A DNA stretch of 64,000 bases, taken from the NCBI GenBank assembly GCA_030390025.1, contig CM059430.1, forward strand, positions 11,098,001 to 11,162,000. Direction: 5' to 3'. Source of the stretch: Squalus acanthias (Eukaryota). Under the pieces are notes generated by a model. That model was not told the origin of the DNA. It saw nothing but the letters and a program-made list of their open reading frames with translations, and made no database searches. The position numbers and the translations under genes are program-made. Of this stretch, positions 52,768 to 64,000 are shown one piece after another. Every line of letters starts with the position of its first letter. Positions within the stretch are counted from its first letter, which is position 1.

Positions 52768-53214
52768 ATAGAAACATAGAAACTAGGAGCAGGAGTAGGC
52801 CATTCGGCCCGTCGAGCCTGCTCCACCATTCAATACGATCATGGCTGATCATCCAAATCCAGTACCCTGTCCCTGCTTTCTCACACAGAATCCCCATCGA
52901 GCCTACACCGACACATATCCCACCCTATCCCCGTAACCCCACGCATTTAATTCCCCCTAACATATCCCATCCTATCCCTGTAACCCCACATATTTAATCC
53001 CCCCCTAACACTAAGGGTCAATTTATCATAGCCAAATCAACCTAACCCACACATTTTTGGACTGTGGGAGGAAACCGGAGCACCCGGAGGAAACCCACTC
53101 AGACACGGGGAGAATGTGCAAACTCCACACAGACAGTCACCCGAGGCTGGATTCGAACCTGGGTCCCTGGCGCTGTGAGGCACCAGTGCTAACCACTATG
53201 CCACCGTGTTGCCC
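52768..53214 (-). mobile_element. V-SINE (HE1-like), full length
   Basis: Near-identical reverse complement of 47432-47869. Confidence 0.9.
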
Positions 53215-53649
53215 TGTGAAGATCTCCACTTATTGATTGCCCCACTTCATCTTCCAGTCGAGTTTTCAAGTAGCACTGGAACTGCCCACTAATTTTCAAG
53301 TTGCATTGATGATGTTATTTAAACATCAACACAATATCCTGGAGCTCGCACTGGTAAAGCACCGAGTCATCAACTCACCAAGATACAATGGGCGTATATG
53401 TGTTGCTAGGGACTGGGCTGCATGCAAAGAGGCCTATAAGAAGTTTGAGGCTGGTTTTTCAGCTTTTTGGTTGATGCTTGCTCCTTTATTTTCTGTCAGC
53501 TCTTAGTTGTTCAAGAAGCTTTGTGCCAAGTATTTTTGGCACTCCCATTTTTATTTACAGTGTTCACAGTATCGGTACAATGGGTTGCTCCATCAGAGCT
53601 CCTTTACTTGCGTTGTTTGGAGGAATCAGCAGAGGTATCGATATTTACA

Positions 53650-53723
53650 TGATGTGGAGATGCCGGCGTTGGACTGGGGTGGACAAAAATCAGAAGTCGC
53701 ACAACCTGGTGTTGTGCGACTTC
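53650..53723. mobile_element. 74-bp insertion with internal inversion, probably from a second Penelope-like family
   Basis: 11-bp TSD CGATATTTACA on both sides; hairpin AAGTCGCACAAC-CTGGT-GTTGTGCGACTT. Confidence 0.6.
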
Positions 53724-53811
53724 CGATATTTACAGGCAGAGAGACACCAAATTTGTCAGAGGACAGAGCTATGCCATTTGCTGCAAGGATACCTATAGCT
53801 AACATGCACCA

Positions 53812-54120
53812 TGAACTTTACAGCACAGAAAGAGACCATTCAGTCCATTATGTCTGTGCTAGCTCTTTGCTAGAATAATCCAAAATTAATCCACTGCCCA
53901 CGCTCTCCCCATATCCCAGTATCTTCCTCTGCTTGAAATATTTATCCAATTTTCCCTTTAACGTTGCAATGGTCTCTGCCTCAACAACTCCCTGTGGCAA
54001 AATATTCCGTGTCCCAACAACACTCTGTGCCAATAAAACTATTTCTTAACTTCTCTCCTCACTCCCTTAGTGACAATTTCAAATTGATGACACCTCATAT
54101 TGACTTGCAACTGGAGGAAA
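53812..54120 (-). mobile_element. CR1 LINE 3' fragment, diverged
   Basis: LPQGVVEAETIATLKGKLDKY. Confidence 0.7.
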
Positions 54121-54121
54121 T

Positions 54122-54780
54122 AGGACTCGATTTTAACTCCTGGTGAAATTCAGGCGGGGTGTGGGTGGGGTAGTTAAAATGGAGTGGGGAACTTACCAAG
54201 TCCTTTCCCACCCCGATCTGACCAACTGCAATTTTAAATACATCTACCCCAAGCTGGCGAGGTCCTCTTTCAATATGCAGGTCGGGCTGTGATGATGTCA
54301 ATGGGGACCAATCTGCCATTTTAACCTGAGGCCTGAATGTGAGAGCAGTGGTAGTTTCACCGCCATGCGAACCCTGCCGGGAACAGCAGCCAGGGCCAGA
54401 AGAGACCAAGAAAGGGAAGTCTTTATCAATTTTTTTTCTCTTTCCTTGTGGGTCAGGAAGAGCAGCAGTGATCCTCTGGGTTCCCCACAAGGAAACCTTG
54501 GGCCTTCCTTTCCCCAGGCTTCCTCCCTCCCCCGATTGGGATTCCCCGCTCCGAGACTTACCTGACTACCAGGGGACCGTTCCCGCAAGTTCCAGCGGCA
54601 GCCTCTCGTTGCCCGAATTCTTGCTCCCGCCCGCCGGCCAGACCGTGACTCCTGCTGGGTTCAGGCGGGAGTCCCATCCTGAATATGGATATGAGGCCCG
54701 TGAGCTAAAATCTCACTGGGCCTCGGCATGCAATCTTGGCGCTGGACCCGACCCTCGCACGCACTGAAGAGGGGAATTTA
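54122..54780. mobile_element. Probable degenerate Harbinger-like non-autonomous element
   Basis: GGACTCGATTTTAAC start; GC-rich arms; GTTAAAAT/ATTTTAAC motifs; internal ACTTACCTG. Right end unclear. Confidence 0.4.
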
Positions 54781-55589
54781 ATGAGTTGGTAAATAAAGAA
54801 TACTTATCACAATCTCTTCTTTCCTAGTATCTCGCTCTCTCATATTATTATTTAGGCTTTAATGTTCCTTTTTTTTACTAATCTACTCCCCTTTTCTTAT
54901 TAAAACACTTGACAATAAGAGGCCAGAAATATTTCAATTTTTACATGGATGCAACACAGCTTTAATGCTCCATTTGTGCACAGCGTGCGGTATAACTCCA
55001 GTTTGAGATCATCAATCTGAGTGTGATGCGAACTTTAGGAAATGGTGAGACAGCACCTCCATGACATAGACTCACACAGCTTGGGCATCAAATAGTTTGC
55101 AGTAGAACTGCGGCTGCCCTGAGGTCATCTGTTTCTATAGTTCAAAATGACGCAGCTGATCTCCTGTGCCATTGCTCACAGGTAATAGGGATCTGCAGCA
55201 CAGTTGTACTGTTTAGCTGCTCATCTTGACTGTCCTATTACAGCCACTTTCAGTTAGTCCCGGTAGGGAAGAGATCTAAATAGGTCCTGAGGTCAATTAG
55301 AGACTAATTATTGGTATTGTTGTACTTCCTTTAGATTGGTAGATGCTTGAATTTGTCTCCTTGTTATCTCAAGAACTCTTCTAGGTTATCAAAGGTAAGA
55401 AAAAAAAACATAAATAATTGGATTTCTTCTCATTTTTCCTCAAGATTGTTCAGTCACTGTTTTATATGAAGTGTAACATCTAGCCTAGAGCATGGAATCT
55501 GGAGTATCAATTGAGTAGAGATGGTGGGAAAGCAACATGATCATGGACCTCTACAATGGCAGTCTTGAACCAGCCATTAAAAGAGCAGC

Positions 55590-55835
55590 TCAGCATTCCT
55601 GGGTTGAGGAATGGAAAATCGTCCAGGATTCCTACTGTACAGTAGCCCCAACTGATGTGGATATTGGTTGAGGTCAGGATTGGGTCGGCTGTAATGCCCT
55701 CCAGAGTCAGATAGCCTACCAGCACTCAATGTCCAGGCTCACACGTGATAAATGGGCACTTGAGTAAGGTGCCAGAGGATGACTACCACCTGTGAAACTG
55801 TACCACAGTAAAAGAGTCAATGCCTTCAAGAAAGG
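55590..55835 (+). mobile_element. Old SINE-like repeat (same family as 21040-22130)
   Basis: ggctgtaatgccc...cactcaatgtccaggctcacacgtgataaatgggcactt. Confidence 0.55.
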
Positions 55836-57929
55836 AAAGGAAAGAGAGAAAATTGGTAAGGAGATAAAAGGGCCTTCCATATTGACTTGTCCTCTAATTT
55901 AATCCCTTTTCACATGTGAAGAAGCATCTCAACTCTGCTCAGCATCTCTCCTGCCACATCACAAATTGCAAATGTGAATTCAGAGCCTACTACATTGTGA
56001 GGAAAGCACTATTGTGCCAAGGCTTTAAGCAAGGAAAGTACATTAGTAGCAATTAGAGGACTTCTTTAACAATATATAATTATTGACCCTTTAGTTAACA
56101 GAACAGTCCGCAAAGTTTCAAACAATACTACTTGTTTTCTATCATTATGGTATTTGCCAAAACAACTTTCTGTAAATTGCGATAGTCTTCCAATTTCTAC
56201 TTTTTATTCTTTGCATAAGTAATGGTAGAACTCTCCTGTCATATTGAAAGCTGATTACATGTAACCTTTGAGCCTGTTCCAGCCTGTTGCATGTATCCCA
56301 TTCAAGCCTTGGAAAATGTACATAGTTTTAAAAATATTTTAAAATTTACCATATTCTTCAGGTTAATTAAAAATGTAGTCTTCTGTTTTTTTTAAATAAA
56401 AGCCCTTTTGTTTTGTAGTTCTGAAAAGTGTTAACAGTCTCTCTCACTCTACATCTCTCTCACACGCACCCACACAGTTTTCTGGATCACTTGCCATGCT
56501 GCCAGGAGCCGCGGATAGTGACAGGGGAGGGGTGGATCTAATGCTGGGCTCTCCAGCTCAAAATTGCCAGAAAACCACTATAAAATTACCATCTTCCTTC
56601 TCACGCACTGCAACCAATCCCAATGACTGGGCACATGGTTCTCAACTGTTGACGAAAGGAAATCGTTGTGATTTCTGCTTGTTTCTTACTTCAACTACAA
56701 AAAGGTCTATTCATGTCAGCTAATTGTGGATCAAGGAAAACATCACAAGCATGATCTGATCCCTAACACACAAGCCCTAGGTTTCAGTGCAGTACATTTT
56801 CAGGACTTTGGAAGAGAATTTAACAATGTAAAAGTGAATGGAATTCCACAGCCTAGCCCCAGCAAGTAGGTGGTAAGACCTATTTATAATGTAGCTATCT
56901 TGATGGTACAATATCATTTTTCGAACAGGAGCGGTCAGTTTGGGTTTATACCTGCTCACTTGCATCGTTTTCGAACCAGTTCTGTGCAAGTCACCAGCCT
57001 CCAACCGCCGGTGAAATTCTTAAAAGTTAGTAAAAATAAAGCTGGCTATCCTATTACCTCTTCAAACTTAACGTTTAGTGTTACTGATGGCTTGGAGGAC
57101 CACTTGAAAAGTTTCAGAATTCAGTTTTTCCATTGGCTGCAGCCAGTGTGAGACGACATCCTCTGGGTGGTCTCACTACACAAGAACATTCCTGAACTAA
57201 AGTGGCGAGGCACCGTTATACTGTACTTGTGCTGCTACCTAGTCTGGGTGCAACACAAAAACAATTTCACACCCATGCAAGACATGCAGCAGAACTGCCC
57301 CATGAGGAGCATTCTCAGCCACCCTTGCGCGCTATATATAAAATGGTTGCTTTATACTGCAAGTAAGATCATCAATAAATTATAATGGAGATATGAATTA
57401 AAGGTTCCATCTTACCCAGAAATATGCATTAAGCAAGTAATAAAGCTCCAGCTTGGGAAAAACTGCTCTTAAATGGAAGCACTCCTGTTAACTGACATTT
57501 TATTTTCGTAAAAGCGGAATTTTGCTAAATTTCCTCAGATGGAAGTTCCTTCAATGGCCATTTAGTCTCAGCTGTGGAGATCATCGAAAAGGAATCTAGA
57601 AAGTGTGACTCGTAATGTTTTTATAAAAGAAGGAGGTTGGTCCCAATGTTCCAATGTGCAGTGCAGTGGCGCCTGACTGACTGGCTGGACTATGAACAGC
57701 ACTGAAACAAAAAGGTTCAACGCAACTAACTTCAAGTATTTTTTGGGGGGCTAAATATTGCCCTTGTCAAAGTGATAGATGTTAATCTTGAGAAATAGAA
57801 TTGTTTCCTGCTTTTATTACCCAGGGTCTAGGTTGTGCTGAGCTTGGGTTTGCTGTGGACTAAATATTCTACACTCTTTCTCCAACAATATACTTCAATC
57901 TAAACTTCAGAACTTTCCCCTCTCTTCTC

Positions 57930-58212
57930 CACACTGCATCTGTGTGGCATTTCCATTTCCCACACCAGCCATTCCTGTGGCGTCTCTCAGTAAGACTGAC
58001 AATGTAGCTCCAATTAGTGCCAAGTTATGGTCAGTCTAGTGCTGTGGAGTCGTGCTCATAAGGAGCTTGAATGAAAGTGCCAAAACTCATTTCAATTAGT
58101 CCCTTTGTAACCGGCAGAAAGAGGAGACTTCCATTTCATCAGTCTGGTCTGGATATAAACCTGGATCGCAGAATTAAAAGGACAGTGCATTGGCCCAGTG
58201 GATTAACCACTG
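57930..58212 (-). mobile_element. LF-SINE-like element
   Basis: Minus strand has GAAATGAGTT, TTGGCACTAATTGG and CAGTCTTACTGAGAGACGCC in LF-SINE order, after a tRNA-like head (compared with consensus from memory). Confidence 0.45.
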
Positions 58213-58313
58213 CACAACCTATTCCCTGAACTCCGAAAAATGGAAGAATTTAAGAGCAAACTTAACAGGAAATGCTTATCTCTGTGAGCACTATTGATTC
58301 CAACAAAAATGAT

Positions 58314-59927
58314 GGCCGGAATTTTCCCTACCTGGGCGGGTCGAGTGCGGGCAGTCGCCATGGCGGGTCGCGAGCCCGTTGCTGGTTCCATCCCGCTCCA
58401 CAAAACGACTTTACTTCAATAGGGCCTATTAAGCCCTCCCTGGGCATTGCCCGGCCCAATGAAATGATGTGGGTCTGCTGACGTCATCCATGATGCGTTT
58501 TCAGCCGGGATATTTAAAGGGGCCATGGGCACATTACATTTGAAGGTTAATCTAAAATAGTGCAGTCAGTGCACTACAGCACTGGAGTGCTGCAAACACT
58601 GGAAATGACTGCACAGAGGCAGAGGGCTGCACCCAGGTTCTCCGATGACTCCCTCCATATGCTTGTGGAGGGAGTCAGAGCATGCAGGGAGGTCCTCTTC
58701 CTTTCCGATGGGCAGAAGAGACCTCCCCAGGAGACCAAAACAGCAGGTTGGAGATTGCAGAGGCGGTCAACAGCAGGGATATGGTCAGGAGGACTTGGGT
58801 GCAGTGCTGCAAACATTTCAATTATCTCATTAGATCAGGAAACGTGAGTACAAAGCCACACTCAACTTCATCCTGCTGCGCCTCTCATCACATCGCCATC
58901 ACTCTGCCTTCCCAACCCTAGTCCTGCACATCCTTACTCAAACCAACATACCTTACATGTCCACCCATCCCTCTCTTTCTATCTACATTATCACATCCCC
59001 ATCTCACTAGCCTCTCCTCACACTCACCCTCATCCTAGCACAATCATACCAACTAACAACACACAAGGAGGCCAGTTGGCTTTGGCACTCACGCCATCAT
59101 AGTCTCCCTCTAAAGATATGACCCATCCATTCCTTACACTCATTCCAGCACTTTCACTCAACCTTCTCTTCTTTCCCTCCTTGCAGGAAAAGAGAGCCCA
59201 AAATAAGATGGAGAGGGGGAGATCCAGTGGTGGCCCTCTGTCCAGTGCAGCATCAGGCGATTACAGAGAAGGTTGGTGTTGTTGTTGGTGCTGCTGGTGT
59301 GCCTGGTGCTGCTGGTGTTGGGGCTCATCATGGTCAGATTCTGAGGACCAAGGTGAGACAGTATAAATGGCACCCATGTTGATGGACTACATGGCAGGTG
59401 AGGTCGAGATGACAGAAGCATTCCGTCAATGGTGAGAGAGGTTCTTCCAATGAGGTGACACTGGATGCAGACTTTGCTGGAAAGACTTGCAGCCTGCAGA
59501 AAACTCAATCTGTGCTGGGAATGCAGTCAGCAACAACTTCTGTCTGAGGAAAGTGATCAGCTGTTAGGTGGGAGCTTTTATACTACATTTGATGCTGTCA
59601 ACTAATCAGCTGGATCAATGGCCACTCAACTCCCGCCTCAGGTTGACAGACATGGTTCCCAAGCAATGTGAATCCCTTGGGCATCCAGTGAAATTGGAAA
59701 GGTAAGGTTAAAAAGACTCTTAAGGGTCTGACAACAAGCTAATAATCTTTTAAATTGGGTCGCCCGCCTCTGTCGTTTGGGTCGCTGCCGCTTCGGCAAA
59801 CGCGCCCGAGGGAAAGATGCATGGAGGTGGGATGATGGCGAGTTCCCGACCCGCTACAAGATATTTCAACTTTCCCACTACGACCCACCTCCGTTCATGC
59901 CCGCATGGTCCCCGGAAAATTCCGGCC
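58314..59927. mobile_element. Internally deleted PIF/Harbinger transposon with Myb/SANT-like gene remnant (1614 bp)
   Basis: Perfect 14-bp TIR GGCCGGAATTTTCC; 3-bp TSD GAT/GAT. Confidence 0.88.
58605..59240 (+). pseudogene. Harbinger Myb/SANT-like DNA-binding protein, frameshifted, intron 58844-59186
   Basis: RAAPRFSDDSLHMLVEGVRACREVLF.../LEIAEAVNSRDMVRRTWVQCCKHFNYLIRSGN|GTGAGT...TTGCAG|EKRAQNKMERGRSSGGP. Confidence 0.75.
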
Positions 59928-60624
59928 GATGTCTTTAATTAATGGGTGGGATTTTGTGGTCACGTAAAACTTACACTTGCCTATAGACTTTTTATGGGCT
60001 TTTGCACTGAAAGTTCCTCTCAGTCAAATACCCAAACAGTGCAGTTTACAGAGCATCTGGGAACTATGTGAACAGAGCAGGCAACAGAGTCTGAACCTGG
60101 AAGTGTCAGTTAGAATCATGAATTCAATGTCAAATCAGGTACAGAAAGCCAAATAAAGAGAGGGGAAAAAAGATTGGACTAAGAGAGAGAGATAAAAGAG
60201 ATAGAATGCAAAAGTAAAAAAAATGGTTTATCTAAATTTGTAATTTTTTTTTCCTCTGTAACAATAATTAAAATCTGAAGGAATGAGGATCCACACTTGT
60301 AAAAGTTAATTTTCAGTGCCAGAGAGGTTGTTTGGCAGTAATTAAGATATCACCCCATTAAAAGGATACTTACACTTGAATGGATAAGCCCTAAGTCTTT
60401 CTGCCGCGTTTAATTTGTATATATCAGGTTAAGTGCAGCAACTTCACGCCATTCCATGTATTTGAATGTTGAGCCTCTCGGTGAGATACCATTATCGTGC
60501 AGCTTTTGGAGGAGCAGGGCATCTCGGACAGTACTTTCCTGATTTCCACATTTAACTGCACATGTGCAGTCGCTGGAAGTCCGCATTTCCATGCAAATAA
60601 CTTTTTTTTGTTTTTTTGAATTTG

Positions 60625-60962
60625 TTCCTGGGTCATTGGCAATGCCAGCATTTATTGCCCATTCCCTAATTGCCCTTGAGAAGGTGGTGGTGAGCCGCCT
60701 TCTTGAACTGCTGCAGTCCGTGTGGTGAAGGTACTCCGACAGTGCTGTTAGGGAGGGAGTTCCAGGATTTTGAAGGAACGGCCGATATATTTCCAAGTCA
60801 GGATGGTGTGTGACTTGGAGGGGAACTTGGAGGCGGTGGTGTTCCCATGTGCCTGCTGCCCTTGTCCTTCTAGGTGGAAGAGATCGCGGGTTTGGGAGGT
60901 GCTGCCGAAGAAGCCTTGGCGAGTTGCTGCAGTGCCTCTTGTAAATGGTACACACTGCAGCC
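60625..60962 (-). mobile_element. Non-LTR retrotransposon 3' end
   Basis: CTIYKRHCSNSPRLLRQHLPNPR...HTILTWKYI and 3' GGGCAATTAGGGAATGGGCAATAAATGCTGG. Confidence 0.65.
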
Positions 60963-61894
60963 AGGGTGAGCTGTTAGCCTCACCGTTATTTCTACTGCAC
61001 AATCCTGCACATTAAGCCCAGGGCTGTGGCATATTTCTCCTTATTTTCTTACCCAAAATGAATGCTGTCACAGTTTGGTAGGTGACATCGGATCTATAAC
61101 AGGAAAAGTAATCCCACTGCCATTACAGTCAATTCTTGTTAACTGAATAATTTGTTTTACATAAGAGTTTATTATTTATCAGGAGCTCACAGTAACATTA
61201 ATATTAATTTTCTATTGCACAATTTCTTGCATGCGTTTAATTACGATGGAATCTTGCCCAGAATGTAAACTCTTCCATAGTTTTATGAATTTTGACTGGC
61301 TATAATTTGGTAGAAATAACACAAGTCATGCATTAAGTGACTGTGCATTGTGGGGACCACAAACACTATTAAAAGGGTAACAACAGCAAAAAAAATCTGT
61401 ATTTACTTAACACGAGTACACCGCTACAATTAATCAGTTAACATGACTGAATACTTTCAGTTAGTATAAAAAAAGGCATTTAAATCTCTCGAACTTGTTC
61501 AGAGACTTCAAAGTTTTCAAATGTCTCTTGGGTCTGGAACTTGGACAAAAAGCCACTCACTGGTGTCAGGAAGCAGCTCTTATATGGTCTAACAAGGGCT
61601 AACACCATCCATCGGCCTAGATGCCAAATCCAAGCATCAACAACTTTAAAATTCAATAGCCGGTTTAATATATGTAATTTGTTTTTTTTGCGAAAGAAGG
61701 CTCACATTTCCAAGGTAGGATGGAAAAGGATGTCAAACACTCCTAACACTAAGAGAGCTGAAATCTGCATCGAATCCTCAAGTAACTCCTAGGAAGAGTC
61801 ATGATTAGCATCCCTGTGGTCCTCAATGCAAATCAGTAGATGTCATGGGGTACAGTAGCACACAGGAGGTGAGTGGAGAAGATTAAGGGGTGTT

Positions 61895-62580
61895 AAATTA
61901 GGGAAAGGGTAGCAAGTTGGATTACAAACTGGTTAAAAGGGAGGAAACAGAGAGGAAACAGAGAGTAGAGTCGTGGCTGGAAGTGGGTAGCAGTGTTCCA
62001 CAGGGTTCTGTTCTGAGGTCGCTTCTGTTCAATGTGTACCTCAGTGATTTAGATATAGGGCTAGAGGCAGTGGTGTCCAAATTTTCACACAATACTGAAA
62101 TAGGAGGCATGGTAAATAATTCCGAGGACTAGAGGAAGCTGCAAGGGGATATTGATAAGATGGTGGAATTGGCAAAAAAAAGCGGATGATGGAATTCAAT
62201 GTCAATAAATGTGTGGTGGTATATTTTGCTAAAAAGAAATAACAGTAATAATCATACTTTAAATGGGAGAACGTTAGGTGATGTGGAGGAGCAGAAGGAT
62301 TCACAAGACATTAAAAGCAGCTCCTCAAGTCAATAAGGCCGGAAAAGAAAATGAAGGAATACTAAAATTAAAGCAAAATACTGCGGATGCTGGAAATCTG
62401 AATTAAAATGGTAGAAACAGTCACAACGGTTCTGATGAAAGGTCATCAACCTGAAACGTTAACTCTTCTCTCTCCACAGCTGCTGCCTGACCTGAGTGTT
62501 TCATTTGAGAATTTTCTGTTTTTATTTTAATGGCATACTACGTTTTATGGCAAGAGGTATAGAATATGAAAGTCGAGTTG
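61895..62580 (+). mobile_element. Old CR1 RT fragment with nested Penelope fragment
   Basis: SSVPQGSVLRSLLFNVYLSDLD...SKFS; resumes ggcatactacg...ARGIEYES at ~62531. Confidence 0.7.
62368..62528. mobile_element. Penelope-like terminal fragment: inverted tail plus plus-strand hammerhead (62428-62465)
   Basis: aagcaaaatactgcggatgctggaaatctg (reverse complement of the tail), then GGTT-CTGATGA-AAGGTCATCAACCT-GAAACGTT-AACT. Confidence 0.75.
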
Positions 62581-63589
62581 TAGCCTTGCCAGCATTTCTC
62601 ACATTCCAGGAATTAACAGAAAAACAGATTTTGAAACTCAGCAACGGGCTGTGTTGTGCTGCTTATCAAGGGTTTTGGGAAATCAACTCTTTTTCACTTT
62701 ATGCACCCAGGGCCCACATAAAGCACTTTCAGTTAGATCAGGAGTAAAGCCCCTTGTGATTTTGCCCACCAATTTCTTAAGCCCAATTTAAGAGGAGGAC
62801 CTCCTACTGTGCTATATTGTATTTCAATTTTCCACAGCAGGCATCCTTGTGGCCTTTCTGTTAGATCATCAGCTTAGTCTCAATTATTGTCCACCTTTGA
62901 GTAATAGTGTGCTATTGGCTCACACCCTCTAGGAACTGGATTAAGACTGCCAAAAAATCGATTCACTTAGGACCCTTGTAGTTAGCAGAGAGAGATTTAT
63001 TTTTTAAAACAGGCTGACATCTCCAAGTTGAGATCCAGGATGGAAAAGGATGCCAAACACTCCTAATGCTAGGTCTGAGCCTCTCAGTTGACATCAGCAA
63101 CGGATTCTACAGTATGTCCTAGGGAGAGTGGTGATTGACATCCCTTGTGGTCCTCAATGCAAATCAGTGGACATCCTGAGTATGGTAATGTAGTGGTTTC
63201 ATCCCATCAGACTTGGCTGGATTCAAATGCAGGAGAGTGTGCTAATGTACTACTCCCAACCCCAAGATACCGAGCATAGAAAAGTGTAATTGTACATTTA
63301 ATTGAAAACAAATTTGTTAAAATATAAATCTACAACTGCCTTCGAGCTTATCGGGGATGGATTAAGAATAAGTATATTGAAGGGGCAGAGGAGTCTAAAA
63401 TAGTAAACTTGGCAGGGGGTCTGAGCAGACATACTTTAGGGCAGATAGGAGAGAGATTACGAAGAAGAATAGTGATGGGAAGACTTAAGAAAGAGAAGGA
63501 AAACAGTAATGAGGAGTATGAATGTGTAAGGGTTGCAGTGTTTATATGTGATCCACTAAGCATTACAAATAAAGTCAGGAAACTAGTAA

Positions 63590-63728
63590 GAATGGTGGGA
63601 TGTGATATTATAGCCTTGACAGAAACCTAACTTTACCTTGGGCAGGCGTGGGAACTAAATATTTATTCCTGGCTACAATATTTTCAGGAGAGATAAAGAA
63701 AAAAGCTGAGGACATTGACTTTGTTAAT
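63590..63728 (+). mobile_element. CR1 endonuclease fragment
   Basis: CDIIALTET*L...WELNI..GYNIFRRD. Confidence 0.6.
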
Positions 63729-63730
63729 CA

Positions 63731-64000
63731 AAGAAAGAACTTGCATTAATATAGCACCATTCATATCCTTAGCACTTCACAGCCAATGAAGTACTTTTGA
63801 AGTGTATTCACTGTTGTAATGTAGGTAAACATGGCAGCCAATTTGCGCACAGCAAGCTCCCACAAGCAGCAATGAGATAAATGACCAGACAATCTGTTTT
63901 CGTGGTGTTCGTTGAGGGGTAAATGTCAGCTCAGATATCAGGGAGAATAGTGCCATGGGATCTTTTTATGTCCACTTGAGAGGGCGGATGGGGCCTCAGT
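63731..64000 (-). mobile_element. DeuSINE 3' part, running off the window edge
   Basis: acagccaatgaagtacttttgaagtg...gaatagtgccatgggatc. Confidence 0.8.

Noticed and set aside
59270-59320. Cys/Trp-rich peptide WCCCWCCWCAWCC
   Set aside because: Translation of a (TGY/TGG) low-complexity tract inside the Harbinger remnant.
59946-60620. Possible old Harbinger-like element (ATACTTAC, GCACATGTGCAGT)
   Set aside because: Ends not definable; similarity only at motif level.
1-64000. CRISPR arrays, operons, rRNA, and remaining short ORFs
   Set aside because: Eukaryotic DNA with no regularly spaced repeats; short ORFs show no recognisable domains.

Overview
Vertebrate genomic DNA, almost certainly a cartilaginous fish (shark-type SINE/LINE repertoire). 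The only host gene is FOXF1 on the minus strand: coding exon 1 is at 3175-2194, and exon 2 is not visible and must lie beyond the left edge. The window then covers about 61 kb of upstream gene desert. The first ~16.5 kb is CpG-rich and nearly transposon-free, with GLI, T-box and forkhead motifs. Beyond that it is a dense, often nested mix of CR1 and L2 LINEs, DeuSINE, V-SINE and LF-SINE-like elements, Penelope-like fragments and PIF/Harbinger-type DNA elements. Two signals stand out. First, a Penelope-derived repeat carries a minimal hammerhead ribozyme (4 copies). Second, a ~750-bp Harbinger-like non-autonomous element (3 copies) has several internal hairpins with compensatory base changes, promoter motifs and repeated splice donors. 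All calls were made by eye; no searches or folding were run.
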